From a virus (Duplodnaviria > Caudoviricetes), in the IMG/VR virus record IMGVR_UViG_3300037603_000033, positions 1 through 34,377 of that record: 34,377 nucleotides of DNA; one strand, given 5' to 3'. Below the pieces are notes generated by a model, which worked only from the letters and a program-made list of their open reading frames with translations, searched no databases and was not told where the DNA came from. Positions within the stretch are counted from its first letter, which is position 1. The number at the start of each line of letters is the position of its first letter. This document shows, piece by piece, positions 1-9,091 of this stretch. Both the position numbers and the translations under genes were made by a program.

Positions 1-2
1 CT

Positions 3-125
3 TTTGACGCGGACACCCGAGCCGAGATTCTCGACCTCATGTCAGACTGGCAAGAGTATGGACCTACTGCACGGATCACGCTCAAGCCGCGCGAATGTGC
101 GCTGCTTCAACTGAACCGTCACTAA
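3..125 (+). CDS. 3' end of a truncated flanking gene, product unknown
   Basis: Open frame from the window edge, FDADTRAEILDLMSDWQEYGPTARITLKPRECALLQLNRH, ending TAA at 123-125; lies outside the putative att site. Confidence 0.4.
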   Translation, partial: FDADTRAEILDLMSDWQEYGPTARITLKPRECALLQLNRH

Positions 126-181
126 ATTGAAATTCACACCGGCATCCCAACAAGGGGGGACAATTTTCATTTCTGATGAAA

Positions 182-198
182 TGGTGCGGTCGAGAGGA
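182..198 (-). other. Putative prophage att core: duplicated 3' end of a tRNA (tRNA-Leu-like)
   Basis: Minus strand reads TCCTCTCGACCGCACCA, a T-arm/acceptor 3' half plus CCA resembling alphaproteobacterial tRNA-Leu that starts GCGGTCG; no full cloverleaf; about 150 bp upstream of a tRNA-targeting-type integrase. Confidence 0.6.
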
Positions 199-312
199 AC
201 CGCGCACCTGTTGCTGTGTGTTGCCAACAATCTCCTTTCAGGCAATGGTGTCAGCGACTTAACGGGAAAATTGTTGCAGGCTGTCGCACACGAAAGCCTG
301 AAATCGCGCCTC

Positions 313-333
313 AATTGTGGGGCTAATTGTGGG
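313..333 (+). promoter_or_regulatory. Candidate integrase arm-type binding sites (direct repeat AATTGTGGG x2)
   Basis: aattgtggg at 313-321 and 325-333 (12-bp period) between the att core and the integrase start; the integrase has an N-terminal arm-binding domain. Confidence 0.5.
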
Positions 334-350
334 ACTGAGAGGGGGCCGGA

Positions 351-1556
351 ATGTCTAGGGCGAGAAACAAGCTGACAGCCATGCAGATCAAGAAGGCCGG
401 TCCCGGCACCTATCAGGACGGCGGCGGGCTGTCTTTGAAGAAAACGGAAACAGCTGGAAAGTGGATCTATCGCTATTCGATTTCCGGCCGCCGTCGCGAC
501 ATGGGCCTCGGAACGCTCGCCGACGTTTCCCTGTCAGAGGCGCGGCAGCAGCGGGACAAATGGCAGGCGGTGCTGGGCAGCGGCAAAGATCCGATTGCCG
601 AGCGGGACCGCCTGCTTGCCGCAGAACTGGCCGAACTCGACCGCCAAGATCCGACGCTGGAAGAGGTGGCGAAAACTGTTTTTGAAGCGCGGAAAGCAGG
701 TCTGCGAGGGGATGGCGAGCGCGGGCGCTGGTTCTCACCGATCCAGCTCTATGTTCTGCCGGAACTCGGCGACCGGCGCATTTCAGAGATCCACCAGAAA
801 GACATTCACAAAGCCTTGTCGAAGGTCTGGCGGTCGAAGCCGCCAACTGCCGAAAAGGCGATCCAGCGACTCGGGATCATCTTTAAGCAGGCCCGGCTGA
901 TGGGGCTGGACGTTGACCCGTTCACCGTCGATGCGGCCAAGCATATGCTTGGAGAGGTCAGGCACAAAACAAAGTCGATAGCGGCAACGCCATGGCAGGA
1001 AATCCCGGGCCTCTACCCGAAATTGGAGGGGCTGGGATCTTCGCGCCTGGCGCTTCGGTTCCTGATCCTTACAGCGGTAAGGGGAATGGGGGTGCGCGGT
1101 GCGCGATTCGATGAAATCGACGGCGATCTCTGGACGGTTCCGGCCGATCGCATCAAGGGCCGCGAGGGGCGCGTCGACGATTTCCGCGTTCCGCTGTCAA
1201 CTGAGGCGATGAAGGTTGTCGAGGAAGCAAAGGCAACGCGGCGATCTGACTACCTGTTCCCAAGCTATCGAAACAGCTGCATTACCGACGTCGCCGTTGC
1301 AAAGGTACTGAACCAGCTCGGCGAACCGGGTCGCCCGCACGGGTTCCGAACCTCGTTCCGGACGTGGGTGCAGGATACAGAGGCCAGCAGCTATGACGTA
1401 GCAGAGACAGCGCTTGGTCACATTCTGGGTAACAAGGTCGAGCGCTCATATGCCCGGTCTGACCTGCTGGACCAGCGCCGGATTCTTATGCAGAGATGGT
1501 CGGATTTTGTCACCGGTACCCAAGCAAAGGTGGTTCCTCTGCGCGGGCACCGCTAG
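351..1556 (+). CDS. int: Tyrosine integrase, P4/IntA-like family
   Basis: N-terminal arm-binding domain (YQDGGGLSL...RRDMGLG); catalytic motifs LTAVR, HGFR, ALGH and Tyr in VERSYARS. Confidence 0.95.
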   Translation: MSRARNKLTAMQIKKAGPGTYQDGGGLSLKKTETAGKWIYRYSISGRRRDMGLGTLADVSLSEARQQRDKWQAVLGSGKDPIAERDRLLAAELAELDRQDPTLEEVAKTVFEARKAGLRGDGERGRWFSPIQLYVLPELGDRRISEIHQKDIHKALSKVWRSKPPTAEKAIQRLGIIFKQARLMGLDVDPFTVDAAKHMLGEVRHKTKSIAATPWQEIPGLYPKLEGLGSSRLALRFLILTAVRGMGVRGARFDEIDGDLWTVPADRIKGREGRVDDFRVPLSTEAMKVVEEAKATRRSDYLFPSYRNSCITDVAVAKVLNQLGEPGRPHGFRTSFRTWVQDTEASSYDVAETALGHILGNKVERSYARSDLLDQRRILMQRWSDFVTGTQAKVVPLRGHR

Positions 1557-2039
1557 ATCTTCAGCGCCATAATCTAAGTATAGCCCGGATTGTTTCAATT
1601 CAGGGCTTTAGCTTTCTCATTTCCCAAAACACAGCGTGAACGCATCAAGGCCCCCGGGAACAGAGGCATTCCAAGCATTCTCTGGAACAGGGTATCATTC
1701 TTTTGTCCGCCAGAAATCGGGGGCAGATGCCTCCAATCGGGGCGCTGACATGCACATGTTATGCACAGAGATTCCCAGATAGGAGCTAAAGCGGCTCTCT
1801 GGTATGGTAGCCAAGATATAGACCCCAACCCGCCGAGCGGAACAAAATACGGAAAGGAATGAGCCGATCCGACCATTCAAACTGCAGTTAGCGTCAACAG
1901 CAAAGTTGCTTTCCAAGGCGTAAATTTTGCGTTGACCATTCGTGTATCGATACCGGAATATGAAAAGGCGCAAGGCTTAACCGACCAAAGCTTCGCCTCG
2001 CGCCCAGATGCAACCACTCCAAAAAAAGGAGCAGTATAT

Positions 2040-2216
2040 ATGAGCAACTATAAACACAGGATCTCCGATCCCGCCATAAAAAATAACAGCATTGAGGCGA
2101 CAGACGGGCGGAGAAGCCTGAAAATAAGCGGCGATGCTCGGTTTATTTGGGGGGTTATCACCATCGCTGCCGCGGCCTTCCTAGTGCTGGCAAACTTGGT
2201 GCTATTCTCTGGATAG
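2040..2216 (+). CDS. Small (58 aa) protein with a C-terminal membrane helix; accessory gene
   Basis: AAAGGAG RBS before ATG 2040; hydrophobic FIWGVITIAAAAFLVLANLVLF; AT-richer segment, opposite strand to the late genes. Confidence 0.6.
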   Translation: MSNYKHRISDPAIKNNSIEATDGRRSLKISGDARFIWGVITIAAAAFLVLANLVLFSG

Positions 2217-3215
2217 GGGCTCAGCCTCGACGCTGGTGCGATAACCGCCGCTGTCGAGGCTGTGCGTTGCCTTGGTGATGAGCCATTCGCCGTCGACATA
2301 GGGCCGGAATCCGGCCGCCCGCAGCTTGGCCTCGGCCATGGCATCCGGATCGCCCGGCATCGACACCGACAGGGACCGCCCAGCGCGCTGCAATCGCTGC
2401 AGCTCGGCCTCGGCCGCCTTTTGTGCCGCTGCCTGGTTTGGAAACCGGCGTTTGATCCGCTGGACAGGCTCGCCCTCGCCCGCGGTGCATTCCACCGGCT
2501 TGCCTTGGCCGAGGTCCTGATAGACGGCGACCACCGAACCGGCCTTCTCCCGGGTACTGTTGCGATAGCGCCAGCGGCTCACCTTCTTCGGCGTCAGCGC
2601 CAGCACCGGCATCGGCTTGCCGGAGGCGGTCAGGCTTTCCCCCCGCTTCGCCATGACCAGTCGGCCATTTCCGGGCTTGGCGATGGCGTCGTGATCGCGC
2701 GCTACGCGGGATAGCAGGTTGATGTCGCTTTCGTCGATCTGATCGATGTGCGGCAGCGCGAGTTCTGCCAGGCTTTCAGAAACCGCATGCTCGAGGCTGT
2801 GCTCTCCCGCGATCTTGGTGACCATGACGCCGATCGTGGTGCCGATGGGCCAGCTGCGCTTTTTCTGGTCGGTAAGTGCCGTCTTGCCACCCGAGGTCTC
2901 GCCGTTCACCGAGGCCACACCGGTGATCGTCATCTGGTCAGGTGGCCCCGCCACCTCGACACTGTCGGCGGTGAACAGCCCCATATACTTCAGCTGCAGA
3001 GGGTAGCCGAGCCAAACGCGGATCTCGGCTCCGGCCTTCGGCTCGGCCAGCTTGGCGAACAGTGTGGTATCGCTGAGCGTGATCTGTACCTGGTCGGACT
3101 GAACACCGGCGGCATCTGTCAACGTCAGGCTGACCAGCCGCGGCGCAAGGGTGCTGCTGATGTCCTTCCCGTCGACCAACACCCGGAAGAATGGCCGGAA
3201 ATCCATCAATCCCAT
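2202..3215 (-). CDS. Phage late control / baseplate hub protein (P2 gpD family)
   Basis: RLVSLTLTDAAGVQSDQVQITL, HIDQIDESDINLLSRVA, DGEWLITKATHSL; follows U and X. Alternative start at 3206 (TGATG overlap). Confidence 0.93.
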   Translation of the reverse strand: MGLMDFRPFFRVLVDGKDISSTLAPRLVSLTLTDAAGVQSDQVQITLSDTTLFAKLAEPKAGAEIRVWLGYPLQLKYMGLFTADSVEVAGPPDQMTITGVASVNGETSGGKTALTDQKKRSWPIGTTIGVMVTKIAGEHSLEHAVSESLAELALPHIDQIDESDINLLSRVARDHDAIAKPGNGRLVMAKRGESLTASGKPMPVLALTPKKVSRWRYRNSTREKAGSVVAVYQDLGQGKPVECTAGEGEPVQRIKRRFPNQAAAQKAAEAELQRLQRAGRSLSVSMPGDPDAMAEAKLRAAGFRPYVDGEWLITKATHSLDSGGYRTSVEAEPLSRE

Positions 3216-3427
3216 AGCCGCACCGCCTCCGCCTCTTTCGGTGCTTCAATCTCCGGCAGCTCGATCCGGGTGCCTATCGGCAGAATCGGCCCCAGGGCCG
3301 CAAGCCCCGGGTTCGCCTGCAGCACGATCTCGAGCGCCCCCGCGACCTGGTTGCCATAGTGGCGCCAGACGATTTCGTCGGCTGTCTCGCCCTCTTTAGA
3401 ACGGTAGAAGACTGCGGAGCCCGCCAT
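3206..3427 (-). CDS. Tail protein X (P2 gpX, LysM-like)
   Basis: YRSKEGETADEIVWRHYG...ANPGLA...LPIGTRIELP...LWD; AGGAG 5 nt before ATG 3427. Confidence 0.92.
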   Translation of the reverse strand: MAGSAVFYRSKEGETADEIVWRHYGNQVAGALEIVLQANPGLAALGPILPIGTRIELPEIEAPKEAEAVRLWD

Positions 3428-3809
3428 CATATCTCCTGATGCTGATTGTGAAGTCCTGCCGCAGCGGCGCGCCCTGCGTGGCAAAGGTACGCTGCCCCTC
3501 GCGGACGCCCTCGATCACCCACACGCCCAGAACCCGGCCCGTGCCCGCCACCAGCGGCAGCGGGAACCCCAGCGATGCGGTCAGGCGCATCTTGTCGACC
3601 TGACCGAGGCCGCCCCGGAAATGCGGATAGATCACCCCTTGCAGCGTGATGGTGTCGGAGCCGAAGCCGGTGAATTGCAGCGCGTCGGCCGCGCCGATCC
3701 GCTCCTGCGCGGCCCAGCGGTATTCTGTCGATCGCTGCAGGGTCTGGTACGCCGCGTTGTCGATGCTGAACTGATAGCTGCCGAGCTGCAGCATTGTGCC
3801 TGTCATCAT
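3396..3809 (-). CDS. Tail protein (P2 gpU family)
   Basis: MLQLGSYQFSIDNAAYQTLQRSTEYRWAAQERIG...LQFTGFGSDTITLQGVIYP; located after the tape measure. Confidence 0.93.
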   Translation of the reverse strand: MMTGTMLQLGSYQFSIDNAAYQTLQRSTEYRWAAQERIGAADALQFTGFGSDTITLQGVIYPHFRGGLGQVDKMRLTASLGFPLPLVAGTGRVLGVWVIEGVREGQRTFATQGAPLRQDFTISIRRYDGGLRSLLPF

Positions 3810-6800
3810 CCGCCCCCGTACTGGCCATAATCATGCGCCTGGTCATAGAGCGCGCCAGCCTGCGCAGCGCGGCCACGGCGCTCCAATTCCTCGGCGATCT
3901 GCACGGCACTCAGATGCTGCGCGTTGATCTGGGCATGGATCACCACCGGGGCAGGTTGCGGCGCCGGTGCTTGGGCTGGCATCGCTGCCGGTGCCATGCG
4001 TTCGGCGGCCAACTGCACTTGCTGCACCACTGGCGCCGCCGCTGTTTCGGCCTTGGCCATCACACTGCGCAGGCCACCACCCAGCGCATCAAGCAACGGT
4101 GCGGCGCGGTCGGACAGCCTCGCCAGCCGCTCGGTCGCATTGGCATGCGCCACGTAGCCGCCCTTCGAGGTCCAGATCGTTTCCGGCCCCTGCTCACCGA
4201 CTTCGCGGAAGCCGCGCCCGATCGTGCCGCCCAGATAGGAGCCAGAGATCTTTTTCGGTACAGCTCGGCCGCTGCGCGGATTGCTTGGGGGCGCTGGTTG
4301 CTCCGCTGAAGCCGCAGTATCCGCAGGTGTGCTGCCGGGCTGCCCCTGCTCTTCCCCATTCCACCAGCTGCGAAGGCCCGAACCGATTCCCTGAACGCCC
4401 TCGACGGCCCCGGCGCCCTTGTCGCGCAGCCAGGACAGCCCGTTCAGAACTGGCTCCAGCTTGCCCATGAGCCAATCAAACTTCTCGCCGAGCCAGTCGA
4501 TCACGGCGCCGACTGGCGTTTTGACTTCATTCCAAGCGACCGAGATCCCGCCGGTCGCGCCCAGCGCCTCGATCACCGGGCCAATGGTGCCGTCATACAC
4601 GCTGCGCAGCGCTGTGCCGATCCCGGTCATCACCGTGTCGATCCCCCCCCGGGCCTGCTCCCACGCCGAGGTGATCGGTTCGGTCACACCGAGCTTGTCG
4701 GTGACCGGCTTGATGACATTGGACCACACCCTCTGAAACACGCCGCCCAGCGCGTCCAGAGAATTCGACAGCACCGACCTTGCGCCATCCCATGCGGTGC
4801 CAAGCCCCGCCGCAGCCCCGTTCAGGTCGCCTCGCCACACGCCACTGACAAAGTCGGCAACCCCGCTGAACGTCGCCTTGACGCCGTCCCAATGGCGTTC
4901 GAACCACGGACCAACCTTTGCCCATGCGCCGGTGATGTGATCAGTGATCCCCAGCTTGTCAGTGACAGGCTTGATGCCGTTGTCCCAAGCGAACCGGAAA
5001 GCGGAGCCGATTCCATCGAGCGCATTGGACAGGACGGCCTTGCCACCCTCCCACGCCGCCGCAAGCCCGGCGGCCGCCGCGTCCATGTCACCGCGCCACG
5101 CACCGCCGACGAACCGACCAAAGCCACCGAACGTCGCTTTGACGCCGTCCCAATGGCGCTTGAACCACGGGCCGACCTTGGCCCAAGCGCCGGTGATGTG
5201 ATCGGTGATCCCCAGCTTATCGGTGATCGGCTTGATGCCTTTGTCCCACGCGAACCGGAACACACCGCCGATGCCGTCGAGAATGGTGGCCAGATAGCCC
5301 TTGGCACCCTTCCACGCAGTCGACAGCCCGTCTGCCGCAGCGTCCCAATCACCGCGCCAGACGCCGCTTACAAAGCCGCCGATCCCCTTGAAAGTCTGTT
5401 TGACATTACCCCAGAGCTTGCCAAACCAAGGGCCGACCTTGTCCCAATGCTTATAGATCAGATACGCAGATCCCGCGATGGCCGCGACGGCAAGGCCGAT
5501 GGGGTTCATCAGCAGTGCCCGGCCGACCGCAACCACGCCGGTTTTCACCAGGGCAAGGCCACCGGAAAGCGCGCCCATTGCCCCGCTCGCTGCAGATGCC
5601 CACGGCACCAGTGCGGCCAAGGACACCCCCAGACGGCCGACAGCGAAGCCAAAGCTCAGCATGCTACCGATGGTGCGGGCGGCGAACAGCCCGCCGATGA
5701 TCATTCCGAAGTTTTCCCAGCCGCCGACCATGGTCGCGACCTTGGAGATCACCCCGCCAATCGTCGACGATACCTTGCCCATGCCCTCAACAACCTGCCC
5801 GATCACCGGCACGGCGGCCTCGAGCTTGCGCGCAGCGGTGTCGGCGAACTTGGCCACGCCCTCGCGGTTCGACACCGCCCAGGCACTGAAGCTCTTCATC
5901 GATCGGGTGACCACCGGCATCAGCTCGGCGCCAATGGTGTTCTTCAACCCCTTGACGGTCAGCTGCGCGTCGAGCTGCGCGTCCGCGAACTTTTCGGCAT
6001 TGCGCGCGGCTTCCTCACTTAGCACGTAGCCGGTGCTCCGGGCATCCTGTCGCAACTGTGTTAGCGCGTCGGATCCTTTGCCCAGCATGTTGACCATGCC
6101 GATGCCCGAACGGCTGAACAGGGCCGCCGCAATGGCCGCGCGTTCGGCTGGCGCCTCGATCCCCTGCAGCTTGTCGGCAATTGCCCCCATGGCGCGCTCT
6201 GGCCCCATGGCAATCAGATCGCTTGCGCTCAGCCCGATCTGGTCCAGCGCCTTTTTCGCGGCACCGGTGCCTTGCGCTGCCTCGCCCAGACGCTTTTGCA
6301 TCGCGGTCAGCGAGCTGTCGAAAGTCTCGGTGGATACGCCGGAGCGCTCGGCCGCATAGCGGAATTCCTGCAGCGCCTCGATGCCGATGCCCAGCTTGCC
6401 CGCAGTCTTTGCAACCTGATCGCCGTAAGAGGCGGTCGAGCTGGCCAGCGCAAAGACACCCACCCCCGCAGCAGCAAGCCCTGCCCCCACTTGGCGGCCA
6501 AGGCGGCCAATGTTGCGGGTCATCCTGCCGAAGGTTTCACCGACGCGGTTGCTGTCGCGCAGGGCGCGCTCCCAGCGCCGTTGCTTGCGTACCAGATCCT
6601 CGAGCGTGCGCTCGAGGTCCTCATATTCCCGGTCCAGCGCTTCGACCGACCGACCCTGTTTGATCAGATCAGCGCGCTGGCGCGACAGCTCTTTCTGCCG
6701 CTTCTTCACATCCTTGATGCTGTCGCCGACGCTATCGAACCCCGAACGGATCAGGCCGATGTTCTTCTTGAACGATTTCCCGAGAACGCCGCCGATTGTG

Positions 6801-6829
6801 ATGGTGGCGTTAAGGCGTTGATTTGCCAT
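3806..6829 (-). CDS. Tail tape measure protein
   Basis: About 1007 aa, Ala/Gly-rich helical, central hydrophobic segments (LLMNPIGLAVAAIAGSAYLIYKHWD), Trp-periodic repeats; start MANQRLNATITIGG at 6829. Confidence 0.95.
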   Translation of the reverse strand: MANQRLNATITIGGVLGKSFKKNIGLIRSGFDSVGDSIKDVKKRQKELSRQRADLIKQGRSVEALDREYEDLERTLEDLVRKQRRWERALRDSNRVGETFGRMTRNIGRLGRQVGAGLAAAGVGVFALASSTASYGDQVAKTAGKLGIGIEALQEFRYAAERSGVSTETFDSSLTAMQKRLGEAAQGTGAAKKALDQIGLSASDLIAMGPERAMGAIADKLQGIEAPAERAAIAAALFSRSGIGMVNMLGKGSDALTQLRQDARSTGYVLSEEAARNAEKFADAQLDAQLTVKGLKNTIGAELMPVVTRSMKSFSAWAVSNREGVAKFADTAARKLEAAVPVIGQVVEGMGKVSSTIGGVISKVATMVGGWENFGMIIGGLFAARTIGSMLSFGFAVGRLGVSLAALVPWASAASGAMGALSGGLALVKTGVVAVGRALLMNPIGLAVAAIAGSAYLIYKHWDKVGPWFGKLWGNVKQTFKGIGGFVSGVWRGDWDAAADGLSTAWKGAKGYLATILDGIGGVFRFAWDKGIKPITDKLGITDHITGAWAKVGPWFKRHWDGVKATFGGFGRFVGGAWRGDMDAAAAGLAAAWEGGKAVLSNALDGIGSAFRFAWDNGIKPVTDKLGITDHITGAWAKVGPWFERHWDGVKATFSGVADFVSGVWRGDLNGAAAGLGTAWDGARSVLSNSLDALGGVFQRVWSNVIKPVTDKLGVTEPITSAWEQARGGIDTVMTGIGTALRSVYDGTIGPVIEALGATGGISVAWNEVKTPVGAVIDWLGEKFDWLMGKLEPVLNGLSWLRDKGAGAVEGVQGIGSGLRSWWNGEEQGQPGSTPADTAASAEQPAPPSNPRSGRAVPKKISGSYLGGTIGRGFREVGEQGPETIWTSKGGYVAHANATERLARLSDRAAPLLDALGGGLRSVMAKAETAAAPVVQQVQLAAERMAPAAMPAQAPAPQPAPVVIHAQINAQHLSAVQIAEELERRGRAAQAGALYDQAHDYGQYGGG
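4664..5446 (-). repeat. Three tandem 261-bp (87-aa) repeats inside the tape measure gene
   Basis: Units W(D/A)KVGPWF...KP(I/V)TDKLG(I/V)T(D/E)(H/P)IT(G/S)A; homologous DNA anchors at 4909, 5170 and 5431, exactly 261 bp apart. Confidence 0.9.
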
Positions 6830-6962
6830 CCAGACCCCCAAGCCACCAGCGGAAGCGGCTGCCGCTCATTTCGGTGATTTCAGCGCATGACCAGCCGGTG
6901 ACGTGCGCCAGAGCAAGAACCCCGGCGCGCGCCGCCTCCGGCGTCAGCCATTCATAAACCCC
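6810..6962 (-). CDS. Frameshift extension of the tail assembly chaperone (P2 gpE+E' / lambda gpGT equivalent)
   Basis: The -1 frame from GGGGTTT (6962-6956) reads VYEWLTPEAARAGVLALAHVTGWSCAEITEMSGSRFRWWLGGLDGKSTP*; the GWS..EI..M....RWW pattern matches the GpE' family; not in the ORF track. Confidence 0.75.
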   Translation of the reverse strand, partial: GVYEWLTPEAARAGVLALAHVTGWSCAEITEMSGSRFRWWLGGLDGKSTP

Positions 6963-7237
6963 AGCGCCTCCTGCAGGCGCGAATAGTCCTTCATCTTGGC
7001 CGACCGGATCGCTGCAGGATCCACACCCGCAAGGTTGGCGATCAGGATCACCTCGGACATGGCGGTGTCGCTCTTGGCGGTCTTCTCCGCCGCGAGCATG
7101 TCATCAACGCAGGGCTCGCGCAGGGTCAGCGACTTTTGCGATGTGCCATCTACGGCGATGCCGCGCAGCAGATCGACGGTCAGCTCGCCGTCAGAGCCTT
7201 CGGTGATGTAGTCCGGCAGTTTGTTCTCTTGGGTCAT
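6944..7237 (-). CDS. Tail assembly chaperone (P2 gpE / Mu gp41 type)
   Basis: LTLREPCVDDMLAA...LIANLAGV...MKDYSRLQEALGF; between tube and tape measure genes. Confidence 0.9.
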   Translation of the reverse strand: MTQENKLPDYITEGSDGELTVDLLRGIAVDGTSQKSLTLREPCVDDMLAAEKTAKSDTAMSEVILIANLAGVDPAAIRSAKMKDYSRLQEALGFMNG

Positions 7238-7246
7238 GGGGACTCC

Positions 7247-7753
7247 TTAGATGCCCAGGGCCGCGCGCTGCTCGGCCAGGCGATCCACCCCGCCGACCAT
7301 GCGCACCATGTTGATGATATCGATCTCGGTGATCACCTGCCCGCCGATGGTTTCCTTGAACGCCTCAAGAGTCATGTTCACGGTGAGCGTGGCAGACTGG
7401 CCCGGCGACCAGGTGCCCCGGTCAGGCTGGATGATCTTGCCGCGCATGTTGTGGATCACCGGCGTGACGGTGCCATCCTCGCTTTCCAGCGCGCCGCGGG
7501 CGGTGACCGGGATCAGCACGCCGGGCGCGATGCCCCAGAGCGCCAGCACGTCTGCGCTGTAGTTGCGCAGAACAAAGCTGGTGGTCATCTTCTCCATGCC
7601 CATATCGATGTCGGTCGGGCCGTCCATGCCGCCAGCACGGTATTCCTCCGCCGCAATCGAAGGGCTGGCCGGGGTATAGTCGCCCAGCTCGCCCGCGAAC
7701 CCGCGGCCATCAACGAACAGGTTGAAGTTCTTCAGGATGTTGCGAATAGCCAT
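7247..7753 (-). CDS. Major tail tube protein (P2 FII family)
   Basis: LKNFNLFVDGRGFAG, EEYRAGGMDGP, EIDIINMVRMVGGVDRLAEQRAALGI. Confidence 0.95.
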   Translation of the reverse strand: MAIRNILKNFNLFVDGRGFAGELGDYTPASPSIAAEEYRAGGMDGPTDIDMGMEKMTTSFVLRNYSADVLALWGIAPGVLIPVTARGALESEDGTVTPVIHNMRGKIIQPDRGTWSPGQSATLTVNMTLEAFKETIGGQVITEIDIINMVRMVGGVDRLAEQRAALGI

Positions 7754-8970
7754 CAGCCCAGCGCCTCCGAGATATATTCATTGGTGAGATGCGAGCGGAA
7801 GGTCACCCGCTCGGCCGGATAGGGCGGCGTGAAGTCGAAGTTGAACCACACCTGCCCGATCTGGATGCTGGCCGGGGTGTTCAGATCCGGATCAGCCCAG
7901 CACTCGCCGCCCAGCAGCGCCCCCTGGGCGATCAGCGTAGCAATGAAGCCGTTCACGCCCTCGACCACATCGTCCATGTAGGTCTTGGTGATCGCGCGAT
8001 CAACGGCCCACATATGGGCACGCTGAATACTTTCGTTCAGCACATCCGCAGTGCGGCGCACGCACAGGAACTGCCATTTCGGGTCCGCTGTCGGCACCCG
8101 GTTGCCCCAGAGGCGGTAGCCGTCCTGGCGGATGATAGTCGCGACGTCATTTTCGTTCAGCAGGTTGGCACGGCTCGACTGATCGCCCAGCTTGAAATCG
8201 ACCGGCCGCGACGTGCCGATGATGCCATAAATCCCCTGATTGGACGGCGACACCCAGAACCCGCGGTCATTGTCGGTGCGGGCGATCACACCCGCCACGC
8301 GGGCTGATGCTGGTTCGTCAACGACATCCCCGGCGCTGTCGAGCACTTTGACCCAGGGATCGACCACATAGATGCGGCCGGAGGTACCCCAGTCGCCTGC
8401 ATAGAGCTGCGCGGCTGCGTCGGTGGTGTTTGGCCCGTCCGCGATGATCACCGCGCCGATGCGATCTGCGATGCCTTCCAGCTCGGCAACTATAGGGTTG
8501 GCTAGGTAGGTGCCGGGGTTGCCGGTATCCTCCGGGCGCTGGTGGGTCCAGCCCGGCGCACAAAGAATGCGCGGAGCATGGCCGACAACGCTCTCGGCGC
8601 CCAGCAGCGCGTGCACGCCCTCAAACTGGCCGGTGCCGGAGTTCACACCGCCGATCACGTTGGCCAGCGTTGCGGCGTCGTCGACGCCCTCATCGACACG
8701 CACCACGATCACCACCGCCCCGATCTGGTCGAAAATGCCGTCGATCGCTCCTGGCAGGGTCCCGCCGCCGCTGCCATCTTCCGTGGTGTCCAGCTTGGAC
8801 GCCTCGACGCGGCTGCCCGCAACCAGAACCGGAGTATTCAGGGGGAAGGCGTTTGCGTCGGCCTGCGGCGCCGTGCCGACAATGCCAATGACGCCGGTGG
8901 AAATGGTGCGGATCGGGCGCGGGCCCGTATCGATCTCGAGCACCTCGACGCCGTGGAGAAAACCAGCCAT
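7753..8970 (-). CDS. Contractile tail sheath protein (P2 FI family)
   Basis: MAGFLHGVEVLEIDTGPRPIRT, GFWVSPSNQ, GYRLWGNR, FLCVRRTAD, DFTPPYPAERVTF; GAGGA RBS before ATG 8970. Confidence 0.96.
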   Translation of the reverse strand: MAGFLHGVEVLEIDTGPRPIRTISTGVIGIVGTAPQADANAFPLNTPVLVAGSRVEASKLDTTEDGSGGGTLPGAIDGIFDQIGAVVIVVRVDEGVDDAATLANVIGGVNSGTGQFEGVHALLGAESVVGHAPRILCAPGWTHQRPEDTGNPGTYLANPIVAELEGIADRIGAVIIADGPNTTDAAAQLYAGDWGTSGRIYVVDPWVKVLDSAGDVVDEPASARVAGVIARTDNDRGFWVSPSNQGIYGIIGTSRPVDFKLGDQSSRANLLNENDVATIIRQDGYRLWGNRVPTADPKWQFLCVRRTADVLNESIQRAHMWAVDRAITKTYMDDVVEGVNGFIATLIAQGALLGGECWADPDLNTPASIQIGQVWFNFDFTPPYPAERVTFRSHLTNEYISEALG

Positions 8971-9027
8971 TTCATCCTCGCTGCTAACTGCATGTTGCAA
9001 CGAGAATGAAAGATAACGGGCGCCGTT

Positions 9028-9044
9028 CCCTCTGGCGGATTTCC
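9028..9044 (-). promoter_or_regulatory. Late-promoter motif copy upstream of the sheath gene
   Basis: GGAAATCCGCCAGAGGG, then 19 nt, then a CATTCT -10-like hexamer; motif recurs upstream of other late genes. Confidence 0.7.
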
Positions 9045-9091
9045 GAACCGCGCCCGGGATCGGCGCCCTGCTCAAATCTTTGGTGTTGGCC

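Noticed and set aside
182-260. Complete tRNA gene
   Set aside because: Only about 17 nt of 3' end match; adjacent sequence does not give a T-loop, anticodon arm or D-arm
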